DNA of 63,356 nucleotides, the filler included, from Octopus bimaculoides (Eukaryota), in assembly GCF_001194135.2 (NCBI RefSeq). It is 4 parts of 4 records of this genome, joined end to end, with 100 filler letters (N's around TTAATTAATTAA, not from the genome) between each part and the next. Parts side by side here need not be neighbours in the genome. Positions count along the whole stretch, not along the records: positions 1 to 29,362 come from NC_068984.1; 3 more parts are not named here. One strand, written 5' to 3'. Shown piece by piece: positions 1 through 11,866 of this stretch. Position 1 is the first letter of the stretch. Each line of letters starts with the position of its first letter. The notes under the pieces are model-generated. The model was given only the letters and a program-made list of their open reading frames with translations, was not told where the DNA came from and did not search any database. A program made the translations under genes and the position numbers.

Positions 1-38
<38 letters not shown>

Positions 39-1621
39 CTTGTCTTCGGAATACGTACGCATATATACACACATGCACGCCCACATATGTCCACATTTGC
101 TTATTTCCTTTCTCTTATGGCACATCTATAATTTCGATAATTTTATATTAAGTTTCTACTACTTTTCGATATTAAAATTTTATGATTTGTATTGATATCA
201 CCCTGCTGTGTTAATGTATTTCGTGTATATATTTTAAGATATGATGGCATTGTTTTGTGTCATGTCGTATAATATTGATTATGAATAAGCAGAAGTTTGC
301 TGTTCATGTGTGCGCGACCGAATCTCTAATGTGTCGCTGTAGGTAGGTTATAGTGCGCACTTGTATTTTTAGTAGTTTCTGAATGTAAAAGTGTACGTGA
401 AGGTGTAGGTATTTTATAACCAGTTGGATGTTTGTGTAAGTTTAAAAATAATATCGAGACAACGTGGCCACAGTCCAATGACTGAAACAAGTAATAGATA
501 ATAGATACTACTTGTGTACTTAGAGTAGCAATATACAAGCGTACATGTGATTATATACCTATATGCACACACACCGCACACACACATGCATACACATACG
601 TATGTACATATGTATGTATGTATGTATGTTTGCATGTATGTATGTATGTATGTATGTATGTACGTATATATGTACACTCACTTTCAGACAAGAAAATATG
701 CAGAAAAAAAAAAAAAAAGAATGAAGATCGATACTAAACATAAAATTAAAAGAATATTCATTTGAAACAGCAAAATAACTTTCTCTACGACAAAGACGAA
801 TTCAATGTTTCGATCAAAATCATTTGTCACCAGCATCAAAATATTGAACTGGTATTGAAGGAAAAGGACAGTATGTCAGTTAAATGAGTCAAAGAGAAGA
901 CATATCTAAGAAAGAAGGAAACGCTAGTGTCAATGTCGCTTTAGGTGGGATTCACATCTTTTCCTGGAGTGTCACTTATTTGCTTTTTATAATGTCCATA
1001 CCTGTCACTTAAATTTTGTTCATATAATATATTTAACTGGTGGGGTATTTTATCCTTAAATCTGTTGGTAAAGAAGAAAAGTTAACCCAAAACTTTGCAG
1101 GATTGATACATAAGACATTTGGTTTTCAGATGGATACGTATGACATTTGGTTTTTAGCAGTTTGATTCTCCAAAACACCATAGAAAGTTGCAATAATTGC
1201 TTCGTACTGAATATTTAAATGATTAGTCAATAGTTTAATACAAGATAAACAAAATATAGTAATGATCAACTAAGTTACAGAAGAGGTGATAAGACACAAA
1301 TTAGGTCTTGTTAGTAGATGTAGTCAGTGGAAGATTCTTTTATGTTATCTGTCAATAGCAGAACGACAATTTTTTTTAGCGAGAGGAGAATGTAAATAGA
1401 CCTGTTACTGTTTTTTTCAAATTTTACTCTCAGAATTAGAGAAGCAAATAGAAATCTTCCTACCACCTTTTATGTGTGTGTATGTGAGTACACACACGCA
1501 CACACACACACACATATATACACACACACACACAAACATATATGCATATATAGATAAATAGATATAGGTATATTGGCCTAACTTACAAGCAAACACATGC
1601 GTATACGTATATACATACATG

Positions 1622-2226
1622 TCTTTTAGTTTTTATCTTTTAGTGTAGCCATGCTGGGGCAACGCATGGAACATTTTGTTTTAGTTGATCAACCCCACTA
1701 CTTCTTTTTGTTAAGCTTGGTGCTTATTCTATCGGTCTCTTGTGTCGTAAATGCACCAACACACCAACACGGAGACCTAAACACACCAGCACCGGTTGTC
1801 AAGCTCTGGTGGAAGACAAACACAGACACAGACACACACAATATACACACACACATATATATAAGCGATAGGTATGTTTCTAGTAACACATTGATAAAGC
1901 AAGTTTACTGCTTATGGTTTCCTCATGTCAGCCGCGGTAATTTCGCAATTGTCGCTGGATATACCCTAGGAATTCCTCAGGGTACGTATAAAACAAATGA
2001 CAGCGACGGAAAATGGAATACACGGGAACATTTATTGCTCACAACAATCGTTTCGACACATCCTACATAGATCCCTCGTGCGTGGGCGTGATGCATCCCT
2101 CGGTGCCGAAGAACCAGACCTAGTTGTATAGTCTCATATCCGCCAGGCATCGATGCAGGATGTGTCGAAACGAACGTTGTGAGCAATAAAGTTTCCCGTG
2201 TATTCCATCTTCCGTCTATCAATTGT

Positions 2227-2265
<39 letters not shown>

Positions 2266-2418
2266 TCACGACGGGCTTCTTTCAGTTTTCGTCTACCAAA
2301 TCTACTCACAAGGCTTTGGTCGGCCCTAGGATATATTAGAAGCTCAAGATGCCACACATTGGGACTGAACTCGGAATTATGCCGTCGGGAAGCGAGCCTC
2401 TTACCTCGCAACCACACA
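1622..2418 (-). mobile_element. tRNA-derived SINE (family A, octopus OR-like), interrupted in its internal microsatellite by a ~350-bp insert
   Basis: Head half at 2265-2418 (acgacgggcttctttcagttttcgtctaccaaat...gggactgaactcgg) and tail half at 1622-1850 (gccatgctgg...cttattctatcggtctc...ggttgtcaagc) match the uninterrupted copies at 46859, 55035 and 57695. Confidence 0.85.
2005..2216. repeat. Foldback element, ~64-bp imperfect inverted arms
   Basis: 2005-2068 gacggaaaatggaatacacgggaacatttattgctcacaacaatcgtttcgacacatcctacat is the near reverse complement of 2153-2216; the two opposite-strand ORFs share DG(K/R)WNTRE-LLLTT-VSTHP. Confidence 0.9.
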
Positions 2419-3584
2419 CATATGTGTCATTGCGCACGTGTGTACGCACAAAAACAGAGTATTCATTTTGTATCGCTGAACCACCACCTACACACTGAAT
2501 TAGCGTGTTAATTGTTCGACATCCCACATGCTCGACAGTTTAATGAAATCCTTAGAGAAAGAATAAGTGTGACACAGAGTATGACAGATGTATAGTTTTG
2601 AAATTGCATGTAAAATCCACCTGAAATACCTGGACTGAATTTCTGTTCAAAAAGTTAAATTCACGGCGTATCGTTACATACAATGTAATAGAAAAGATGT
2701 TTACTCTAAATATCACACCTTATAATGAAACTCAGGAACACATGATTGCCCAAAAGAAGTATGAACAATGTGCTAATGCTTCGTTCTTCTCTCTGTATGT
2801 ATGCATGTATGCATATATATAAAGTTGGATATGAGCATTATTGTATGTATGCGTGTGTATTCTTCTTGCAGTAAAAATCTATTTAAAATATAGATATATT
2901 ATCCAACAACTATATTATATATCAAACTGAAATAAGCCCAATATATATTTCTAAGAATATTTTGTGTACTGTATAATACGTTCTTGCGGTTCTTTGTATT
3001 AACTGCATTGACAAACAGCGGGAAAAACGTGGTAATAGTTTGTCTTATGTAAGAGATTGAGTTATGAAGTTTATAATATTAAATTTTACACTAAATATAT
3101 ATACGATAGCTCTTGCTGTCTGAAATGCATTCAGTGATTTTGTGTTGATGAGGAGGTTTACAAATGTGAGGCTTTTATAATATATATTAACTATTACGTG
3201 TTGTCGAAAAACATTCCATGTATTGTTTTAGCATTTTTTAATGACGTATTTGTCTATTGTTCAGCGGGTATATATTTGATTCATTTACTATGCTTTATGT
3301 ATCTCTTGTGTAATTTCATTTTTGGCTGCATCTGCCGTATATGTGGGTGAATTATATTCTGCTATTGTTGATGTGACTGAGAACTAAACCGTCAATGGGA
3401 TAATGTTTTTAGGAACGCTATTGTTCCAAACTAAACATAAAAATCTAATAAGGAAATATGCAAGATTCTGATATGATTAAACTTGAACATTCGTGTCTTT
3501 TCTACAATACAAGCTCATGAGAACACCCCCGCACTGGCACACACTAATACTTACATACACACACCCACGCGCGCGTACACACAC

Positions 3585-3657
<73 letters not shown>

Positions 3658-4181
3658 CATGTGTGTGTGTGTGTGTGTATGTATGTGTGTGTGCGTGCAT
3701 GCATGTATGTATGTATGGTTATGTTGGTGCCTGTATATCTTCATTGTGTATTTGATCAGCCTTGTACGAGTGATGAGATCGTGTAATTTCCCTATACATG
3801 TCTACATTCATATATGTTTATATGTGTGTGAGTGACTATGTGAGTATTATATTTGAATGTCTGCGCGCAGGCGTAGTTGTATACGTGAAATTACTTGAAA
3901 ATTGAGGTTCAATTTTTTTGTGAATGAAGAAATGATTATAATATCTGCTACTAAATTGTTATAAATATACAACAAGATGCTGATCAAAAAATTTATGTTA
4001 ACCGAATTTAAAATGATACGAAATAGTAAAATCCACGCTTATCTACAAATCTAGTTCAAAAATAATCCTTACTACATTTAAGACATGATTAATGACAACT
4101 GTTAACATAGACCATTGAATTTGACTTCTCAGTATCTATCTTTTTACCCATATTTCCATAGAAGCTGGAATGCTGCGCACT

Positions 4182-4428
4182 ATTCAAGATTTATCTATGT
4201 TCCTTAGGGAACCTAAGATGAACCACATTCTACAAACACACAAATTTATCAAAGGTAAAAAAAAACCCTGAATGTCTACAAAGATCTTTGACAAAAGCGA
4301 ACTAATACCAGAAGAAGTGGGCGACTAAACTACTGGAAGGTTCGGAATTCCATTTCAAACAAGGACAGGGAATCGCAATTAAGAATGAATTCACTTATAC
4401 CACCGAAAATGTTATTTATGCAATAACG
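4182..4428 (+). mobile_element. Penelope-like element fragment, RT-EN linker and start of GIY-YIG (Neptune-like)
   Basis: Reads IQDLSMFLREPKMNHILQTHKFIKGKKNPECLQRSLTKAN*, then in another frame FKQGQGIAIKNEFTYTTENVIYAIT, resembling the Neptune-type (SKRQPxNLxxxLTxA ... FTCxSxNVIYxI) pattern; stops and frameshifts present. Confidence 0.55.
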
Positions 4429-4523
4429 ACAGATATTTGTCCTCTTCCTGTTTGTTGTTAAAACAACGTTTCGGCTGATATACCCTCCAGCCTTCATCCA
4501 GCTTCCAGCCTTCATCAGGTGTG
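4427..4523 (-). ncRNA. PLE pseudo-LTR tail with minimal type I hammerhead motif (copy 1 of 3)
   Basis: Minus strand: cacac CTGATGAA GGCTG ...(18-nt internal duplication)... GAGGGTATAT CAGCC GAAA CG TT gtttt aacaacaaacagg; same tail at 18090-18185 (-) and 19040-19140 (+). Confidence 0.7.
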
Positions 4524-4574
4524 CGCGCGCAATTATGTATATATGTAAATAGGCATGTATGTGTGTGCATGCAA

Positions 4575-4890
4575 TGGAGCGTGGCTTAGTGATTAGAGCA
4601 TTTGGCTCACGAAGTGAGTTCGATTCTCATCAGTGAGTTGTGTCCTTGAAAATGACATTTTATTCACTTTGCACCAGTCCACTGAGCTAGCAAATGTCAA
4701 TTGCATCTGTAGTTCAAAGGGTCATCCTTATATTACATTCTATGTCGTGCTGAATAACACTGAGAACTACGTTAAGGGTACGTATGTCTGCGAAGTGCTC
4801 AACCACTTACGAGTTAATTTGATGATCAGACTGTTCCGTTGATCGGATAATCTAGAATAACCGTTGCCAATAGCTAACGGAGTGCCGGTA
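4575..4890 (+). mobile_element. tRNA-derived SINE (family C)
   Basis: A box tggcttagtga, B box gagttcgattc, followed by tgtgtccttga...ccagtccactgagct body; related to 11515-11866, 34335-34548 and 60560-60690. Confidence 0.75.
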
Positions 4891-4920
4891 ATATACATGA
4901 TAAATAGGCATATAGAAAGT

Positions 4921-4964
<44 letters not shown>

Positions 4965-5299
4965 TGAATGAATGCATACATACATATGTATATATTACTG
5001 TATTTCGCGATAGTCTTTATTTTCGCCAAATAAACACACGCACTTATATTTTCTTTCGCTCGTTTATTACAGTTCTGATTTTATTATTTTAACTCATGTC
5101 CATTGTCCGGAAATCTTTCGTCACGCATCTGACACCTCTTCAGTGACACTTTTCGTTTCTGTGTGTGTTCTTGTTCCACTTACACCATTCTTCAACTTTC
5201 TCTATATTTTGCTGTTCTAAGGTGTATATCCTTATGTTCGCATGCGTTTGTGTCCTTGTTTGTGTGTGAGTGTGTGTGTGTGTGTGTGCGTGTGTGTGA

Positions 5300-5650
5300 A
5301 TGTGTGTTAGTTTACGTGTGTGTAATAGTCTTTAGCAGAAGTGTGGCCTTCACCTCAGCAGCCCCATCAACCCTAACCCTCACCCTATTGTTACGAAAGG
5401 AACAGTAACACCCACCACCACACGAATAACAACGACAGCGGCAGCGGCGGTGACTACGATGGCAATAACAACACAAACAACCACGATGAAAACACTGTGG
5501 GCGAGCAGAGGTACACAGAGGAATACAGGAACTGTACCATATTTTAGGGTCTTAGGACAGCAGGAACACAATTAGATGAGAGGATGGGGCTGCTGAGGGG
5601 AAAGCCACACTGCTGTTAAAAACTATGACACACACAAGCATACGCACACA
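5300..5650. repeat. Inverted repeat, ~60-70-bp arms plus GT/AC tracts, ~200-bp spacer
   Basis: gtgtgtaatagtctttagcagaagtgtggccttcacctcagcagccccatc (~5316-5368) vs reverse complement of 5582-5635; opposite-strand ORFs share VCVIVF-S-VAF-SAAPS. Confidence 0.8.
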
Positions 5651-6876
5651 GACACACACACACACGCACACGCACGCACTCCCCCCCACACACAAACTAG
5701 GATACNNNNNNNNNNNNNNNNNNNNNNNNNNNNNNNNNNNNNNNNNNNNNNNNNNNNNNNNNNNNNNNNNNNNNNNNNNNNNNNNNNNNNNNNNNNNNNN
5801 NNNNNNNNNNNNNNNNNNNNNNNNNNNNNNNNNNNNNNNNNNNNNNNNNNNNNNNNNNNNNNNNNNNNNNNNNNNNNNNNNNNNNNNNNNNNNNNNNNNN
5901 NNNNNNNNNNNNNNNNNNNNNNNNNNNNNNNNNNNNNNNNNNNNNNNNNNNNNNNNNNNNNNNNNNNNNNNNNNNNNNNNNNNNNNNNNNNNNNNNNNNN
6001 NNNNNNNNNNNNNNNNNNNNNNNNNNNNNNNNNNNNNNNNNNNNNNNNNNNNNNNNNNNNNNNNNNNNNNNNNNNNNNNNNNGTATATATATATAAACCT
6101 GTATACTGACTGCACCATGAGAAACTCGACCAATAGCGTCTGTCTTTCAGCACAAACAGGAGAAACATTCTAAATAAGATCAACAAGTACACAAACTTTC
6201 TGACCAGCTAAAACTTAGTGCCCGCTTACAATCGTTTGTGATCCCTTGAAAATTCCATTAAAATATAAATGACTCACTGAAGTACAAAGTTTTAGAAACT
6301 GGACTAAATTTTGAACTTTAGATTTGTCATTCTCAAAGCGAAGGATGAAACCCAAAATGAATTAAAATTAATGACACACGCTAGCGAATAACTCCTTCTA
6401 CACACATTATTTTGTGAAACCCCATTAAACAACCTCATGACTGAAGCTGACACACTAAAATATACACACCTGTATATACGCATGTATAAATTCTGAAGAA
6501 TGGCCCCTAATGTAATCAATAAAACTTTATTCCTGATACCTCTCTCTCACAGCCTACTCTAGAACTTAACTACCTTCCCACAGAATTTCGCCTACCCGAA
6601 AAACATTTTATTTCAATAGGGACTACGGAAAGCCAAGATTAACTCACATGCATCACAGTAAAATGATGGTTTAGTTGGCCGAAACTTCGAAGTCACAACC
6701 AATGTTATTCTTATTGAAGCATAACGAATTGATACTCTGCAACAGTATAAGTTAATCCTTCCGATAAGTGTAAATTTGTTATTATAACTGAACATGAAAA
6801 CAAACATTAATATAAACTATATATTATATGTATATCTATGCATTTGACTGTGATTTTTTTGTGTTACGGTATGCGT

Positions 6877-6927
<51 letters not shown>

Positions 6928-8490
6928 CGCGCGTATGTGTGTATCAGTGTGAGCGTGAATTTATTCTTTCATAATATATTTGGTGATCATTTTCTTATTA
7001 GTTGTTCTGTATATATTTTCCTAGATTGTGTGTAGTCGAAGATCTCGAAAAGCTGCAGAACTGAAATGAGTTCTCGCATGCGTTTATATCCCTTAATTTA
7101 TATTAATGTCACCATCAATATATATTAATAATATCGCATAAAACATTGTATGACAGAAATATTCTTTATTATTGCCTGCAGACAAGACCATGAATATAGA
7201 CAAAAAGGGAAATTGCTAACATTGCAATTTTTGTTTATTCTTATAAAAAATTCTACTACGAAATAAATGCACAATATGTTTATTGCTACATTGTCAATTT
7301 CTTAACACCGTATGATTTATACGTGTAAACAGAATCGAGATCATGATCTAAACAGCGGGAAACCTACCAATATATTTGATATTAATCATTTATTTAACTG
7401 TGATTAGGAGAAACGGTATTCAGCAATTTTTCTCGATGAAGTAAACAAAAGAAAGACAACTATACAAAACAAAAACATGGAAATAACATCCGAATATGAC
7501 AGCTATTTTATTTTGTTGTGGGTGAAAATTGAATTAGATCACAAGATCAAATCACTAAGAATTAGAAAGGTAACAAAGAGATAATCTTGACGGCTGGACG
7601 TGGCACCCAATTTGTGCCAAACCAAATGCAAAGTGACAGCACTATTAAATTGTCAGTTCTTCACAAATAAAATTTCGATAATGAAGGAGAACAAAATGCC
7701 ACTGTTACATTGTTATCGAGTTATGCTGAATAGACGTAATGCAAATACACTATAAAACTGTTTGACTTTCCTCTCTGATCATGATCATGTAGTGTTTGTT
7801 GTTAGAGAGTAATGCTGGAAGGTATCATACTACACATCGACTCATAACTGAAATGTTGCACATTTATATGTACAATGCACAAACAGACGACACATACACA
7901 AACTATCTCATAAGGGTTTCCGTTTTCAATATTTGCTTGTGTGTATGTGTGTGTTCAAATCAATGTGCCTTTGGGCATATACACGACCAAAAAATACTTA
8001 ATGCTGCAGGAATTAAAGTGTAATTATATTATAGAACAGAAATTACTTTATGTTACTACACCGAATTATGTGTTCAGAGACTTTCTATTCCACGATTTAC
8101 AGACTAGTAAATACGAGTAATCAGGGCACCAGAATAACTAATATATATTCAAATAAGAATAATATCAATACATGAGAGTAATATCAATACATGTGTATCT
8201 AATACAGATACTCAACTTGTTGCATTTGTGTTTAATATAAGTATATATGTATATATATGTGTATATGTGTGTGTATATGTGTATATGCGTATATGTGTGT
8301 GAATCGGAAGAATATCACGTGGATCGCCTCACTACGTGTCGCCCTGTATCTAACCATACATTTTCCAACCCGAAATGTACTTTCTAACCCCAAATGTAGG
8401 CTAACACATTACCTAGTGGTGTAACAGGCATTGAAAGCAAACGCATCCTTGATACAATCAACTCAGATATCATAATGACTTCACCTAAAG

Positions 8491-9784
8491 TACGAGGAGG
8501 CACCAAAAAGTAATCAGAAACGTTTTCAGTAAGACAAGCCCGTTATATTTCAGGCTTCCGACACTAGAGGTCACTCGATGCAACGTTCAGGCATTAGCGA
8601 GCCAACTGGCTGTCGTACTGTCAAATAGAGCGTCTTTGCTTTGCAGCGCTTCTCTCTTGTTCGTCGAATTTTGCGATGACTGATATGAAGGAAGAGGGTG
8701 CTTCTGTTAAATTTTCTTTTCTTCTGAGGAAAACAGCGGCCGAAGCCGTTGTCATGCTTCAAACAACTTACAAGGACGCTACTATGCGCGCAATCAAAGG
8801 CCTTAGTGATTTTCACGCCTTAGGAATGGTCACTTGTCGCTTGAAAACCAATCTCGTTCAGAGCTACAAACCACCTTCCGAGCGGATGGAGACATCAATA
8901 AAATTCATGAACAGATCTTGGAGATCCTTCGCCGAAAATTTCGCGTATTTGTTGATATGACTGGTGTATGCTGGAGCTTCTACCGACGAATTTTGAGTTA
9001 GAAATTGTGAATGGAAAGAGTTGCAGCAAAACTTGTGTCTTGCTTGCTCGAGGCAATTCAAAAGCAATCACGACTAAATGGCTGCGGTGAACTGAAAAAA
9101 ACAATTGATCCAAAACTTTTTCCGAATGTCATCACTGATGACAAAAGATGGTGCTACTGCTACAACCAGTAAACGCAGGAGCAACCAAGTAAATGAAGGC
9201 ATTTAATGTCACCACGCTCCCAAAAGCGCGTGAAGTGAAGTTCAATGTCATGATATTGCTGAGTTGTTTCGTCGATACGAAAGGAATTGTCCACACAATT
9301 TTTCCTCCTGGTCAAACTGTTAGTTAGACATATTCCTTGACAGTTCTGAAGTGTTTGCGTGACACGGTGAGACGAAAACGCCCCGACCTGTGGCAAAGTG
9401 GTGGTTGGTGATTTCATCACGACAATGTGCCTGCACACACTGCTTTGATTGTGACAGTTTTTGCCAAAAATGGTATAACTCCGTTTACTCACCTCCTATT
9501 CGCTCAATTTTGCTCCCTGCAACTTTTTTTCTGTTCTCTCGAATGAAAAATGTCCGTAATAGAAAGCGTTTTACAGATGTGGGACACATGAGGAAAAATG
9601 ATGGAGGCGTTAAAAAGCATCACATCTCGAGTTTCAAGACTGCTTCTAACAGTGGAAAACGTGTATGGACCGATGCATTGTTTCAGATAGAGAATACACT
9701 GAAGGGGATAACAGTGTAAACATGTAAAACGAAGTGAATAAAGTAATGTTGTAAAATTCTGGTTTATTTTGGTACCACCTCGTA
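8491..9784 (+). mobile_element. Full-length but decayed mariner (Tc1/mariner, D,D34D) DNA transposon
   Basis: TA-flanked TIRs tacgaggaggcaccaaaaagtaatcagaa / ttctggtttattttggtaccacctcgta; fragments VKFSFLLRKTAAEAVVMLQTTYKDA, ITDDKRWCY, FVDTKGIVH, WWFHHDNVPAH, LLPATFFLFSRMK; multiple frameshifts. Confidence 0.92.
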
Positions 9785-9894
9785 ATGTCAGCTGTGCAGT
9801 AATGGATTAGATGTGCAGTACCGAGAATAAAACCTTGCAAATTCTCCCAATTCTATACCGCAGATTTCCACTCTTTAATTTCGAAATCATTCTT

Positions 9895-11390
9895 CCTGGG
9901 CTGAGTTCACCGACCTCATTGGATTATTCATGCTGGATAAGCTAACGATAAGCTAACTTAATCTATATGGATTATTGTTTGGCAATCCATATGAATTGTG
10001 AGGATGAGTCAGGTAAGGAACTACAAAAAATTCTGCTTAACTATAACAATTACTACTAACAAAGGCCTACTTACTGGATGTTATTCTAGACTTCTGGACT
10101 GGAAGTACTACCCTATAGAATGTCCACTAAGCGCACAGTTTACGTTCACATGCTCTCCAAACGATCCTCAGCAGTGATTATAAATCATATCACAGACGTC
10201 AGTAGAAGAATCTTTAATTGAGTAGTTGACAGCTCTTCGACTTGGCAGCATCCTCTTCTAATGAGACATTTAATTAGAAGAAGTGGTTTTTACCGGCTAG
10301 TTCGTATTTTCTATTCCCATTCCGAACGTGAAGTGAATTATAAAGTATAAATAATGTAGTTTAGCATTATTCAACGTCAAAGTTTCCTCTAATTTACCGA
10401 CTAACCTCCTGACGCTAACTGATAAGCATTTTACAAGGCACCATATTAGATATTACAAACTCTTAATAACCCCAAATTATCTCCATATGAGCTTCAAGGT
10501 GAGCTGTTTGGGAAATAGTGATGCAGATATGAGCAATTATGTCGGTTGGATGTTTTTTTAAAAAATTACTATATAATGTCGTATATAAATACCGGTTATT
10601 AAACCTACGTAACTACCAGACAAGGGTCTTCATTGCCGGCACTCTTGATTACAAGTGCCGCTACTGAATCACATGGATTCGTTCTCAAATGGAGCCTCTA
10701 GCTACATACAGCCACCTTATTCTGGTCTGTAGTTTGTGGGGCGTCTCCGAACAATACTAACCATCGTGTTTGTGGCTATCTTTCACCAGCATAACTTCTC
10801 GTTACTCAGTAGGTTCTCTGACGTAGCCTTCTTTTGTAAGCACACATTTTATTCCATTCTTATCTATTACGTAAAGGTTTTATTTTTTCTCCTAATGATG
10901 GTTAAACCCTTAATTATTTACTTAGCTATGCTAGCAGCATTTCAGTTGTCTATTTTCCTTGTACTTCTCTTTCCTATCTCAGCATATCTTTCTCCCCTGC
11001 TACTTCATCCAATGTCTTTAGTTCATTGCTTGCCTCTCTCTGTCTTTCTGTATAGTCAGATACCATCTTTAATGTGCTTAGTTAGATTATCGACTACTAG
11101 TGGCACTTTTACCATCTTGACCTTGCCCCTCTCTTCTTCATCACGTCTACCTCTATTCATGCTTCCATGTCATAGATATCCTCTTTCCTCTAACCTATCA
11201 TATATTTCTTCATCCCTACCTCTGTTGCTCCTACTTACGGCGTTTATACATTCCCTACACCTGCCTTTTACTCTTATTATCCTTCTCTTTCCCTTCAACC
11301 TTTAAATGTCTCACATATGAACTGGTTTTGCCAATTTTCTCTTGATGAAGGGAGCCGGACTTATGTACTAGTTTGGCACCCAAGACTGTT
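9895..11390 (+). mobile_element. Highly decayed Penelope-like element (RT C-half, GIY-YIG relic, pyrimidine-rich 3' region, HHR relic); Hydra-clade-like
   Basis: Frames give AEFTDLIGLFMLDKL, LYMDYCLAI, LLDVILDFWTG, YYPYRMSTKRTVYVHMLSKRSSAVI...DVSRRIFN and NVVYK, matching the GAEVCELVGLF..L / YRDDGL / FLDVTLDL / YKPYRKP..VH..SNHP pattern; HHR relic at 11342-11390. Confidence 0.65.
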
Positions 11391-11514
11391 TGAACATTGT
11401 ATCAGCAATTTCTGAAAATTACGATTATTACGTAACTCCGAGCTTTCTGAAACTAGTTAAGAAACTATGTATTTCCTCGTAGTTTTTAAGCTCTATGTAG
11501 ACAAAAAGTAAAAC

Positions 11515-11866
11515 GGTAAATGCTAAAGACCCCCCCTTCGCTCACAGATGAACATAAGATTGCACCTAGAAAGTCCCCCCCCATTCCGAAACTCAAGTCC
11601 GGACAGGTTGGCTTGTAGAAGACCAGCAGTCGCCCATGCATACCAGACTATCCTTCCATGCTATCGATTTTGTCCATGGGAAAAGTAAAGGCCGATACAG
11701 CATGGCATCAGTGACGGCACAACTCATTTCTTCAGCTGAGTGGACTGGAACAACTCGAAATAAAATGTCTTCCTCAAGAACACAACACACAGCTCAGTCT
11801 AGGAATCGCACTCACAAGAAGATTGTAAGCCCGACGCTCTAAACACTGAACCGTGCATCTTCAGGG
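11515..11866 (-). mobile_element. tRNA-derived SINE (family C/D)
   Basis: Minus head cacggttcagtgtttagagcgtcgggcttacaa...gagtgcgattcc then tgtgttcttgaggaagacattttatttc...ccagtccactcagctg. Confidence 0.75.

Noticed and set aside
6660-6710. ggcc GAAA cttcgaag TC half-hammerhead (palindromic stem III), and a VLETGLNF-like peptide near 6285
   Set aside because: No intact CUGANGA with pairing stem I nearby; possibly a PLE relic but too decayed to support.
10736-11305. 189-aa hydrophobic ORF
   Set aside because: Pyrimidine-rich 3' region of the decayed PLE; stop-poor by composition, no recognisable family.
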